Positions 1 through 12,097 of a DNA stretch of 64,000 bases are shown here, one piece after another; position 1 is the stretch's first letter, and the number at the start of each line of letters is the position of its first letter. Made by a program: the position numbers and the translations under genes. The stretch is from Octopus bimaculoides (taxonomy: Eukaryota). The notes under the pieces were generated by a model that did not search any database, had not been told where the DNA came from, and saw only the letters and a program-made list of their open reading frames with translations. Where the stretch lies: assembly GCF_001194135.2 (NCBI RefSeq), contig NC_068991.1, positions 71,076,205 through 71,140,204 on the forward strand, in the 5' to 3' direction.

Positions 1-427
1 TTTTTTTATCACCATTGATTGTCTCCTACCCCTTCTCCCCTTGTTCTCTTTTTGTCTATCTCTCTCTCTAATTCTATCTCTGTCTTCCTCTGGCTCTTCT
101 ATTTCATCATCTCCTCCTTTTCCTCCCTTACATCCAACTTCAAATAAATTTCCTCCCCCTCTCTCTCTCACTCTCTCTCTCTCTCTCTCTCTCTCTGCTG
201 GCATCTGTTCCCTTCTTCCTTCTCTTCTCTTCCTCCTCCTTCACCTCCCTCACACTCACTGATTGAGTATATCTCTTAAGTGGCTTACAAGCTAATAATC
301 TTAGAAAAATAGGAAGCAATTTGCTGTGTATTTGGAAACCATAGATCCTGTAATACACTTAGTTCCAGTGTGTGGACAATGGCCAGGAAACATGGGTCTA
401 CAGCCATTCCCTCTCTCTCTCTCTCTC

Positions 428-459
<32 letters not shown>

Positions 460-469
460 NNNNNNNNNN

Positions 470-516
<47 letters not shown>

Positions 517-635
517 TATCTATCTTTCTGCTTCCTTCAAGTTTCCCCTTCTTCCCCACCACTCCATATATCTAATTTCATCTAAATCTATATATTGTTT
601 GTATTGTCTTCTCATTCTCTCGCCATCCTCTTTAT

Positions 636-670
<35 letters not shown>

Positions 671-1601
671 CACACACTTATTTTCAGGCAGTATTATCCC
701 CTTATATACAATGTCCCTCTTTGCCACACACACACACACACACATGCTTCAATATCTACGATTGCTGTGTGTTTGCTTTAGGTACATTAGCTGTGTTAAC
801 AGCTACAAATCTGTTGTTAATATTACGTTGCACAACTGGAAGAAAGTTGGAGGAGTGCTTAAGAACCTCAGTTTTAGGCAACGAACAAGATAAACCTTAA
901 TAGGAGAGAGTGGACACGAGAGATGTGGTGAGCAGAGCAGAGCGGCGCAGAACGTGGGGGGGGGNNNNNNNNNNNNNNNNNNNNNNNNNNNNNNNNNNNN
1001 NNNNNNNNNNNNNNNNNNNNNNNNNNNNGGGTTGAAGGGGACACGGGGGCAGGGGAGATGTTTTAACCACTAGCTACCGACTAAATAATTACCTCGTTTC
1101 AGAATGCTTTATGGTGGTTGTGTGATGGTTGTTGTCATAGTTACCAACGTAATGACGGTGTTTGTTGCTGTTGTTGTTGTTGTTGTTGTTTAGCCATGGG
1201 TCATCTCTGATCAAGCAGATTTATGATCAAAGGCAATCCAGGTTTTGAACACATTCACCTCCTGTTTATTTATTTTTTTTCTTTACTGTATTTTTCTGTT
1301 TTTTTTTTTTTTTTTTTTNNNNNNNNNNTTTTTTTTTTTGTTTTTTTCTCAAGTTAGTGTACTCTGCATTACATTGCTTCTTTTCTCTTAAAGATAGAAA
1401 CAGTAATGGTTTGAGGTAGATTAGGCTGCTATTTCTAGGCTTTTATTAATGACTTCGGAACGTTATATTTCATTGCTGATATAGTTGTAACTGGTGATGA
1501 ACAAATAAACGTATTTTGCTAAATTATTTATTACTCTATCACCACTTTATCATCATCCTCATCATCATCAATATATTATTTCCATTTGTTGAATATCATT
1601 G

Positions 1602-1647
<46 letters not shown>

Positions 1648-2093
1648 TGACAATCGTAATAACAGTAGCTGTTAGAAAAATATCAGCCATACTTCCTCAA
1701 ATCACACTTCGCCATTTTTAAAAGAAGAAAAGAAAAGAGAAAAGCACATTGTATAACGTAGTCTTGGTTATACAAACCAATGGAATAGGCATGGCTGGAA
1801 CACCTATGATTATCATGTTTGCTTAACCAGAGTTGACATAGGATTAAACAACAGCATCAACTGTTAAGAATCTGTCATTGTGTGTGTGTGTGTGTACCTC
1901 TGAGCGAGGTAGTGTGTCNNNNNNNNNNAACAACAGCATCAACTGTTAAGAATCTGTCATTGTGTGTGTGTGTGTGTACCTCTGAGCGAGGTAGTGTGTC
2001 AATAACCAGCTGGAGGAGATGTCTTCCTGGGGCTACAAGCTACAGTAGTACCGACCCTTAAGGGTTAGCCACATTTAGGTGGCAAATATACAC

Positions 2094-2360
2094 CATCATC
2101 ATCATTCATCATTTAACGTTCGTTTTCCATGCTGGCATGGGTTGGACGGTTCAACTGGGGTCTGGGAAGCCAGGAGGCTGCACCAGGCTCCAGTCTGATC
2201 TGGCAGAGTTTCTACAGCTGGATGCCCTTCCTAATGCCAACCACTCCGAGAGTGTAGTGGGTGCTTTTTTATGTGCCACCGGCACAGGTGCCAGCCAGGC
2301 CAGTGCTGGCATCGGCCACATTCGGATGGTGCTTTTTACATGCCACCAGCACGGGGATCA
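2094..2360 (-). mobile_element. Family C element: (GAT)n-tailed SINE or LINE-tail repeat with 5' tandem units of about 65 bp
   Basis: Plus strand CATCATC..TTTAACGTTCGTTTTCCATGCTGGCATGGGTTGGACG...CTACAGCTGGATGCCCTTCCTAATGCCAACCAC; repeated GGTGCTTTTTA(T/C)(G/A)TGCCACC units. Confidence 0.85.
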
Positions 2361-2689
2361 GGGCTACAATTTCAATAGGTCTCCTCAAGCGCAAGAGGTC
2401 TCTGTGATGAGGCTCCAATGAGGTCACTGGTGTTCTGCATTGGCAAGATTTATATTATGTGGTAAACTCAATAAAAAGGGTGCAGTGAACTTGCTGTGAG
2501 GGGTGGAAAATCCAACATTTCAAACACAACCTTTCTTCAAGGAAGAAGTTGAAAGGAGAGAAATTAATGATGTTGTACTATCAATAAATACTAATTACGA
2601 TCTAGGAACGTGCTCTCAAATTTGCACTTACTTCAGTTAGGTAATTGCTAATTAGCATGGAAAGGCATGACCACTACATGGTCAATCCC

Positions 2690-2905
2690 TTCTTGACTCC
2701 TAGGACTCATCGGGGCTGCTTACCCTGTTTCCATGGCCTTTAAGTAACCAAGATCACAACACATCCACTAAATAGGATGTCGTCGTGGAGTTACCCTTTT
2801 ACAGCTGAATGAACTGCAACAACGTGAAATGAAGTGACTTGCTTAAGAACACAATGTACCGCCAGAAATCAAAGCCCTAATCTTGCAATTATGAGGTCAC
2901 AGGTC
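2690..2905 (-). mobile_element. Decayed SINE with CORE/V-SINE-like segment
   Basis: Minus strand CATTGTGTTCTTAAGCAAGTCACTTCATTTCACGTTGTTGCAGTTCATTCAGCTGTAAAAGGG resembles the tRNA-adjacent core of CORE/V-type SINEs. Confidence 0.55.
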
Positions 2906-3215
2906 ACATGCCTTTGAGACCACTTCCATATAAATAAACAATACCCCTAATCTATTCCTTCGTTATTTCGGTAATCTAGAATTTATAATTACTCTGCTAA
3001 ATATTCTTGTTTCTCTCTCTCTCTCTCTCTTCCCATGTACTGCCACCATTTCTTTAACAAAACTCCAGATTTAGTTTATTATATAAAAGACTATTAAAAT
3101 AGTTTATTATAATCAGTAATTCTTAATAGCAACAACTATTGATAGAATTTCTAAAAGATAACAAACCTTGGTCGAAAATATGCTCAACGAAGACTGGCTT
3201 TTATAGACTTTTAAT

Positions 3216-3217
<2 letters not shown>

Positions 3218-3293
<76 letters not shown>

Positions 3294-3305
3294 ATATATG
3301 TATGT
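3218..3305. repeat. (AT)n microsatellite grading into (GT)n
   Basis: Direct reading. Confidence 0.95.
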
Positions 3306-3624
3306 ATATATTATACATGCGTACAGAGTAGATGGCAATCTTAGATTTTTTCTGAACAGGCTTACTATTGTAGCCAAAAAAACAGTTTATATCTTTTTTT
3401 CCCTCGCCTCTCTCTCTCCCTCATTTTCCATTTACTGTCTTAAACAGTATGTGCAGCACAATGCTGGGGCCTCTACCACATTTCATGGTATTGAGTAATT
3501 CTGACTGGGATTTTTCAAGCTCAGAATTTTTTTGTAGCTGAAGATATAATTCTCTTAGAGTGTATGCTTTAATATGGATTTAATTGTATATAGTTATTTG
3601 AAAGCTGAACCTGTAGAAGGGCTT

Positions 3625-3812
3625 TTTTCTTTTGGTTGCTTAACTTGCTTAGAGTTAGACCAAATCCCCTTCGAAGTTACACCATATCGTCTTATTGATC
3701 TTGTCTGGGGAAAGAAAAACACAATGACAGGATGGTCACAGCTGGACTCTCTTTGATCAAAAGTCTGCTCAATCAAGACTGACCTGGATGAGAACAAACA
3801 AATCAACAGCCT
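3625..3812. repeat. Unclassified dispersed repeat family D (other pieces at about 1175-1250, 6195-6250, 37590-37870, 44600-44770, 48030-48270, 54960-55010, 55945-55985)
   Basis: Shared blocks GTTTAGCCC.AGGTCA.CCCTGATCAAGCAGAC.TATGATCAAAGGCATTCCAG and GAGATTTGGCTGCTATTTCTAGC in both orientations. Confidence 0.65.
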
Positions 3813-4651
3813 AAGACAGTCTCAAACATTTTCTTACAGAAATCTCAATATCAGGGCCAGATGTTCACCTTATAATTTCTGTTTGTCTGTTTAATTAGTC
3901 TTTTGCTCTCTAATTACCATATTTCTATTGGAACACTTTATTTTTGGTTTCATTTAATTTCGAAAATATTCTAACCTGTATATAGTTGACCTTTATAAAC
4001 AGGCCACTTTTCTACAAGAGTACAAGACATATTGCATTAATATATAATGTCACAGAATGGTTTTCGCTGAGATGTTTATATATATAAAACAAATAATAAA
4101 TGAGTATATGCATATATACGTACAGGTATGTGCATACCTACATCTACCTGTATATATAGGTGCATTTCTGGGTACAGGACATTGCAAACAAAACGTAGAC
4201 AAAAAAAATAATAATAACCAGAGTACAGAAAACACACAGGCCACATAGAGAACATTTTCCTTCATCAGCTGCCACCATTCTAACACAGGCGTTTCGAAGA
4301 GTTATATATATANNNNNNNNNNNNNNNNNNNNNNNNNNNNNNNNNNNNNNNNNNNNNNNNNNNNNNNNNNNNNNNNNNNNNNNNNNNNNNNNNNNNNNNN
4401 NNNNNNNNNNNNNNNNNNNNNNNNNNNNNNNNNNNNNNNNNNNNNNNNNNNNNNNNNNNNNNNNNNNNNNNNNNNNNNNNNNNNNNNNNNNNNNNNNNNN
4501 NNNNNNNNNNNNNNNNNNNNNNNNNNNNNNNNNNNNNNNNNNNNNNNNNNNNNNNNNNNNNNNNNNNNNNNNNNNNNNNNNNNNNNNNNNNNNNNNNNNN
4601 NNNNNNNNNNNNNNNNNNNNNNNNNNNNNNNNNNNNNNNNNNNNNNNNNNN

Positions 4652-4942
4652 TGTAAGCCTAGTACTTATTCTATCGGTCTCTTTTGCCGAACCGCTAAGT
4701 TACGGGGACATAAACACACCAGCATCAGTTGTCGAGCGAAGTTGGGGGGACAAACACAGACACACACATATATATACATATATATGACGGGCTTCTTTCA
4801 GTTTCCGTCTACCAAATCCACTCACAAGGCTTTGGTCAGACCGAGGCTATAGTAGAAGACACTTGCCCAAGGTGCCACGCAGTGGGACTGAACCCGGAAC
4901 CATGTGGTTGGTAAGCAAGCTACTTACCACACAGCCACTCCT
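4652..4942 (-). mobile_element. tRNA-derived SINE, family A (head GGAGTGGCTGTGTGGTAAG), near full length, 3' end lost in N-gap
   Basis: Minus strand reads GGAGTGGCTGTGTGGTAAG (A-box-like) ... GGTTCCGGGTTCAGTCCC (B-box-like), internal (TA/TG)n; high similarity to copies at 33900-34263, 39119-39490 and 62980-63375. Confidence 0.9.
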
Positions 4943-5423
4943 GTACTTATACACACACACACACACTATTCCTTGCCTTGTTCTTATTAATCATTTGGCT
5001 GCATAATAAAATTATTTTTCAAGATGCCTTGTACAGATTTCCTCAAGACTCTGATTATATTTTTTAAGAATGTATTTAGAAAACCAATGGTTTAATACCT
5101 GTGTTTGCATTCAACCCTTTTCACACAAACCTTCTTGAAGCCTACTTTTGGTGCCGTGTTAAAAAAATTTCCTAAATTATAAACCTTCTATGAAAATTTC
5201 ATGTTAATTTTTATTCCAAACACCAGCTTAATAATGGCAAAATTGTTTTAATAAATTCTTCATAATTTTCAAAATTAAAACAAAGCAATATAATTTAACA
5301 TTTAGTCGCAAACGAGTAAATATATATTTAATATAATTTCTCGTTAGTTGTTGTAGTGAAAAATAAATTTAACACCTTTACACAGAATAAAGTTCTGTTC
5401 ACCTGGAATATTAAATTAATTAA

Positions 5424-5642
5424 CCTTTTAGCATCCAGACTTCTTTGTCGAATATAATGCTAACTTATTCATTGTTTTGAATTAATCATGCGCTGCCTTG
5501 TAGCTTTGAGATTTCAATGATGTGATTGTCCTATGTTTAAAATGACATTGTAGGGTAGGTGCAAGAAGTTGGATCAGGTCAGCTTTAACATATAACAGAT
5601 TAAATATTTGGGCTGGATATGAGCAGATTAAATGCTAAAAGG
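5424..5642. mobile_element. piggyBac-type MITE, family P1
   Basis: TTAA-CCTTTTAGCAT ... ATGCTAAAAGG-TTAA: perfect 11-bp TIR and TTAA duplication. Confidence 0.9.
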
Positions 5643-5648
5643 TTAAAC

Positions 5649-6008
5649 TAGAGGTTTTCAATCAGGGTTCATGTGGCCCCTGAGGGTACATATAAGATTT
5701 TGGGGGCAGTGGGAGGTCCAAGCAATAAAATAGTAAATTGGGGATTCGCAATAGTATTTAAGGGCCCCTGAAAAATCTTTGCTTTAGTTGTATGTATTGG
5801 TATGTATTACAAGCAACAGCTGGGTTTCTTTCTCTAATGTTTTACAGAGTTCACCCTACATGGGTTAATATGGGGAAAACAAAATAGGGATTTTGAAAGA
5901 AGTATCTGTTAAACTAGTTTTTTTAACCATCGAAGAGCTATAGGGGTCCACCAGAATGAAATAATAATCAAAGGGGTCCTTAGATAAAAAAATGTTTGAG
6001 AACCACTA
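5649..6008. mobile_element. hAT-type MITE
   Basis: TIR TAGAGGTTTTCAA / TTGAGAACCACTA; 8-bp TSD GGTTAAAC / GGTTACAC; same family as 53942-54262. Confidence 0.9.
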
Positions 6009-6493
6009 GGTTACACTATGTCATTCACGAGATGTGGAGATATTCAGATAGCAGTTACTGTATTTTAACCACAGGTTAACTCAGAACAGGCCTACAAATG
6101 AAAGCATTCTAACTCTGACCGCCTGCTCCTCTCCTTTTTTTTTTATGCGTAAATTATCGCTACATAGCTCACTGAGCTCCTCCTTTTCTGATATCACATT
6201 TTTGGCTGCTATCTCTAGCTTGTTGAATGACCGCATAGAATGGCGCTGCATTGAGATGATGTTCAGAATAGATTTTTTGTGTTTGTGTTGGTCATTAACA
6301 ATGCATTCGATCTATGGTTTATGTTTAATAGACAGCCTCCCCATGCAAAGATGACTGACTCATCAATATGATAGGGTGATGTACATGGTATTGTCGTTAA
6401 TCCTTTTTAAATAAACTTTTGCATCATGCACGCCAAAACATGCACACACATGCTTTCATATATACACACACGATGATGATGTAAATGCATATA

Positions 6494-6524
<31 letters not shown>

Positions 6525-7351
6525 CATACATACACACACACACACTTATGTAAATGCATAATATATATATATATNNNNNNNNNNNNNNNNNNNNNNNNNN
6601 NNNNNNNNNNNNNNNNNNNNNNNNNNNNNNNNNNNNNNNNNNNNNNNNNNNNNNNNNNNNNNNNNNNNNNNNNNNNNNNNNNNNNNNNNNNNNNNNNNNN
6701 NNNNNNNNNNNNNNNNNNNNNNNNNNNNNNNNNNNNNNNNNNNNNNNNNNNNNNNNNNNNNNNNNNNNNNNNNNNNNNNTGGTTTTCTATTTTTCTCTTT
6801 ATCCATAGCAGAAGCTAAATCCCGATAAAATGTATTTAAAACACAGGAAATAATACTGGAAAATAAATATGTAATAAACAAAAACGAATTTTGTTTGATG
6901 TCAAGTTTAGCAAAATGTAGACGACAAATAGTTAGGTAACATTCTTACATCACACACAAACACGTGCACACACATGTGCGCACATGCACACATACTACAC
7001 ATATGTATCTGTGTAGTATTAGTTTCTACATGTTGGACGGCATTACCCGTCTCTCTCAAGTCTACCTTTTTAGTTTTTTCCTCGCTTTTATTTTTTGCTT
7101 TTTTTTTATGATGTAAAAAATTTAGAATTTTTTTTTTTTTTTTTTCTTAAGTTGGGTCAAAGTGAAATTTGAACCATTTGTTAGGTTTTGACGTGAAAGC
7201 ACTCGAAACAGGAATTGATAACGGATTGTCTTTTTGTAAAGTGGCCACACATTTATATATGTGTAGGTGTGAATGTATGTATGTGTGTGTATGTTTATTT
7301 ATCTACAAGGATACCTGTATGAAAATGAGGTATAGATATAGTACTTTTAAC

Positions 7352-7396
<45 letters not shown>

Positions 7397-7671
7397 NNNN
7401 NNNNNNCACACACACACACACACACACACACACATGCACACTCAAAGGCAGAGTAATATGCTTTTTTTATTAAAATTGCAAATACATCACAAAAATACTG
7501 CTACTCAGAGTTTCACATTCCTGTTCGTCAGGAAGTTGTGATCAAAATAAATAAATTACAGGTAAAATGATGCCAAATGCCTTAAGGTGATAGGTATCTA
7601 CAACAAGTGCTCGGGTAAAATTTGTGCTTAAGGCTGCCTAAAATAAGATTGGCTACAAGTGATGTCCCCAA

Positions 7672-7976
7672 TCAAGCTCGCGAAATTAACGTGCAAGTGG
7701 CTGAGCACTCCACAGACATGTGTACCCTTAACGTAGTTCTCGGGGAGATTCAGCGCGACACAGAGTGTGGCAAAGCTGGCCCTTTGAAATGCAGACAACA
7801 GAAACAGGAAGAAAGAGTGAGAGAAAGTTGTGGTGAAAGAGTACAGCAGGGTTCGCCACCACCCACTGTCGGAGCCTCTTTGAGCTCTGTGTTATTACTC
7901 AAACACTCACAACGCCCAACCTGGGAATCGAAACCACAAGTCCACTGCCCTAACCGCTGGGCCATTGCACCTCCAC
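7672..7976 (-). mobile_element. tRNA-derived SINE of a distinct family (resembles octopus OR-type SINEs from memory)
   Basis: Minus strand starts GGAGGTGCAATGGCCCAGCGGTTAGGG (A box) ... GGTTTCGATTCCC (B box), followed by a non-tRNA body. Confidence 0.8.
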
Positions 7977-8316
7977 ACTGATACACTAAACATGTATTGA
8001 ACTAAAGACTCAAACACCCTTCATAGAACGAGAATAATATTTGTTAATATCAATAAGGCTTGCTTCAAAGCTTCACTGTTAAAACTAGCTTCTCCAATGT
8101 ATTTCACATATTTACCTTTGAGGGAGAATTGAGTTCTTCATTTTCTTTTCCTCTGCACCTAAATTATACAAATTCTAATATATGAGTTTGTACACACCTA
8201 TATACTCAGACTCAAATTTTATTTTAACATCTCTATAATTTTTCTGGGCTTTTTTTTTTTTTCATGTATGGTTTTATATAATATACTGTAATTTCTTTTT
8301 AATTAGGTGTATGAAG

Positions 8317-8353
<37 letters not shown>

Positions 8354-8499
8354 TACACATTCAGTATTTACATGAATGTTTACTGTTAATATTGTTTCTG
8401 AAACTATTATTTGTACAATAATACTATAGCCATTCATGCAAAATATTTAAATTAATATGTCCATAAGTTTTATAATGAGTGTCATGTTGAATAGGGGTT

Positions 8500-8518
8500 T
8501 TAAATATATATACATATC

Positions 8519-8575
<57 letters not shown>

Positions 8576-8780
8576 ACACATAAATACATACATATGTCTT
8601 TGTATGTATGTATGTGTACATATAAATACATATACACTTGCAAATGTATATATGTAGATAAGCACATGTATATATATATATATATATGTAAATTTGTGTG
8701 TATATATGTATATATATATATATATATATGTGTTGGTGTGTGTATACTCACACATGTATAATTGTACACATGTATATGTA
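8500..8780. repeat. Compound (AT)/(GT)/(ATCT) microsatellite field
   Basis: Direct reading. Confidence 0.9.
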
Positions 8781-8923
8781 TAAAGTGTTGTGTTGGGTTT
8801 TTTTTTGCTTCTTTATTGTTGTTTATTTTTATGTATTTTTTTTTCTTTTCTTTTTGCATTGGTGATATATAGCAAAATTAGTGAATAATTTCAGTAGAAA
8901 TATCGATTTTTGAAACAAAACAC

Positions 8924-8954
<31 letters not shown>

Positions 8955-9364
8955 GTAGTTGTGTAACAGTGTTTCTCAATAGCTAGGCTGTAATTTAGAA
9001 AAGATCTATCGAAAACATTCAATTCAAACCTTGTTTGACTAAATAAAAACAAGAAAATAATTAAATATCGCCACCAAACAAACAGATAAACTGACATGTA
9101 TTCTCTCAATGTCATCTGTTGGTATTAATTGTGATTGCACAATCTTTCATGCAGTGACTTAAACTATGGAACACGAATGGTTCTTCCAAGCATCAGGCAA
9201 AATGCCTTTTACAGCGTTCATTGTAGTTCTTTGTGTTTTGAGTTCAAATCCAGTTAGTCAAGTTAGCTTTACATCCTTCTGGAAGTGGATCATACAAAGT
9301 ATCCTTGAAGTACTGTATCAGCCAACTGCCTCCCCAAAATTTTGGACCGTGTCCTTAAATTTAA

Positions 9365-9785
9365 CTTTTTAAATTATCAACCTGTGACCACGCTTGGTCC
9401 TGAGACACAAAATTCCTATTTTTACCCTTTAGTGTTCAGATTACTCTGTTAAATGTAATACTTTTTCACTCAAATTGTTTTGAATTAATCATGCATTATC
9501 TTATAGCTTTGAGGTTTCAATGACGTGATTGTTTATTTTTAGAATGTCAATGTAGGTTAGGTGTGAGAGGCTGGATATCGCCAGTTTGAATATAAAACAT
9601 GTAAAATATCTGGGCCAGATATGGCCGGTTTAAACACTAAAGGGTTAAAGTGATATAAATTGAAACCCTACATGCAAAATTTCTTGTTATATTCCAAACA
9701 CCAACTGAATAATTACAGTTATTTCACTAAATTCTTCATTGTTTTTAAAATTAATTAAAACTTAATCAGTTTAGTAACAAAAGGG
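9365..9785. mobile_element. piggyBac-type MITE P2 carrying P1
   Basis: TTAA at 9361, GTGACCAC.CTTGGT left block, ATTTCACTAAATTCTTCATT block, GTAACAAAAGGG end. Confidence 0.7.
9425..9644. mobile_element. piggyBac-type MITE P1 nested in P2
   Basis: 12-bp perfect TIR CCCTTTAGTGTT/AACACTAAAGGG, flanked by TTTA and TTAA; body similar to 5424-5642. Confidence 0.9.
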
Positions 9786-10670
9786 TTATGAGGATGGATA
9801 AGGAGTCATTACTTTCTGGGGGAATTTTTCTTGGAAGGTATGTAACAGTGGCAAAGATGGGCCTTTCCAAATGGGTCTTGACTTGCACCTGTAAACCAGG
9901 GACTACAGCTGGAAGAGGGTATTTCTGCTTTTGACACCAAGAATAAATAAATCCTTTAGGATTCCACGGTTATCCCCTGGATGCTTGCCTGTCTCTTTTT
10001 AGATTCTATGGTTTTCTGTGACTGGTTTTCCATTCACTGTTAATCCTGCAGTGGATCCTTACCATTTTTTTCTTTCCCTTGTAAAGTCCCAATCCTCTGT
10101 CACCCCTGAGGCAAATAAAAGAAATGGTCGTTGTCACCATCGTCACCAATATCATTGTAGACTTCATTGATGAGAAATGGATTTAAATTTTATCATTTTT
10201 TTTTTTTTGTATTCTACATACAAAGAGCTAGTTCCATACATGTTGCAAATATAATTGTTGTTGTTGTTAATGTTTTCATTGTTATTAATCATCATCATCA
10301 TTATTATTATGAAATCTGTAGATAATTGCTTAGCTTGAAAATGGGTTTATGGAGAGAGGGCACATTATTTTTCCCCTTTTTTTTTTACATTCTTTTATTA
10401 TTATTATTATTATTATTGATGTTGTTATCATTATTATTGTTCTTATTATTAGTCTTGTTATTGTCATCATTATTGTTGTCATTATGATTTTGCTTTTAAA
10501 CTTTAACTTCCATAGAAATGCTTTGATGATTTGTATTCCAATTCTCTTGGAATTTATACCCTCTCCCCCCACCTCACCATTCTAATCAATTATTTTCATT
10601 CGCTAATAATTGACTATTGATTTTTAATATTTTGATGTCATACATGTACATTATGTATATGACATCCATA

Positions 10671-10741
<71 letters not shown>

Positions 10742-10753
10742 AACATATAATGT

Positions 10754-10791
<38 letters not shown>

Positions 10792-11433
10792 GCTCGTATG
10801 TAATCTTTTATCTCCTCCTTGTTAGACTGATTAGTTTGTTTGAAAAATGTCCAGTTTTCGAGAGACAGTAAGGATTTTTCAAATCCTCTTTTACATTATA
10901 CAATTTTTATGAAGCTCGCAAAAATAAATAAATAAATAAATAACTAAAAAAATTTCAAAAAATTAATAAATAAATGAGATTTAAACCAAAGTACTAATTA
11001 TATAATATTGATCATTTCACATTCCTTAGTTTGGATATTTCTTTAATTAAGGAGTAAAAAAAAAAAATGCAAAAGGAAAAAAAACAAACAACACTATAAC
11101 TAAAATTCCTCGTTGGTCGTCCATATTTGTAACCTAAACGTGGAAATATTGTAGTAATTATCATAATATTATTGTTAGTTTGTCTCTTTGATATTTGTGT
11201 CTATATTTTATTAATAGTAGCATTGTTGTCTTAAGTTGGCAGTTATTTCTGTACAGTTAGACCTTGTTACTATAGTATTTAGAGAATGTGTGTGTGTGTG
11301 TGTGTGTGTTCGTTCTTTAAATAAACACTGAATATTGTTTTAATGAGTATTTTTCACTGGTAACATGGATCATGTTCAGTATAGGAGTGTCTTCTGGCTG
11401 GGTTCTTTTATAAATCATAGGATCAACATGTCA

Positions 11434-11473
<40 letters not shown>

Positions 11474-12097
11474 NNNNNNNNNNNNNNNNNNNNNNNNNNN
11501 NNNNNNNNNNNNNNNNNNNNNNNNNNNNNNNNNNNNNNNNNNNNNNNNNNNNNNNNNNNNNNNNNNNNNNNNNNNNNNNNNNNNNNNNNNNNNNNNNNNN
11601 NNNNNNNNNNNNNNNNNNNNNNNNNNNNNNNNNNNNNNNNNNNNNNNNNNNNNNNNNNNNNNNNNNNNNNNNNNNNNNNNNNNNNNNNNNNNNNNNNNNN
11701 NNNNNNNNNNNNNNNNNNNNNNNNNNNNNNNNNNNNNNNNNNNNNNNNNNNNNNNNNNNNNNNNNNNNNNNNNNNNNNNNNNNNATATATATATATATAT
11801 AATTTTTGTCGACTTCGTCTCTTGCTACACTGGGTTTTGTCTGCAGGTGCACAGGGTCTTTTAGGTAAGTTATAGCTTACCTGAAGACCCTGTCCACCCA
11901 CAGACATAGTGCAGAGTAACAGAACACTGACTTGACCAAAGTATAATATATTAATCTCTGCTATGGCTTTGAGTACTTTTTCTCCATGTGTGCATGTATG
12001 TATATGAATTTTTCCACAACCCCCTACAGTCTTTACATGCTAAGGAATAGAAAATAGTTTCCTGTTGAGTTTTCTATAAATTTCTTAAACCCTAATA

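Noticed and set aside
1847-2000. Exact 72-bp direct repeat (1847-1918 and 1929-2000)
   Set aside because: The copies flank a 10-N gap and are identical; most likely unmerged contig overlap.
2700-2735. CCGATGAGTCC-TA-GGAGTC on the minus strand as a hammerhead
   Set aside because: No GAAA after the stem and no stem I or III; explained as a SINE tail.
3574-3806. Overlapping 60-70 aa ORFs on both strands
   Set aside because: They overlap dispersed repeat family D and have no recognisable domain.
7622-7981. 119-aa ORF with normal-looking composition
   Set aside because: Lies on the antisense strand of a tRNA-derived SINE.
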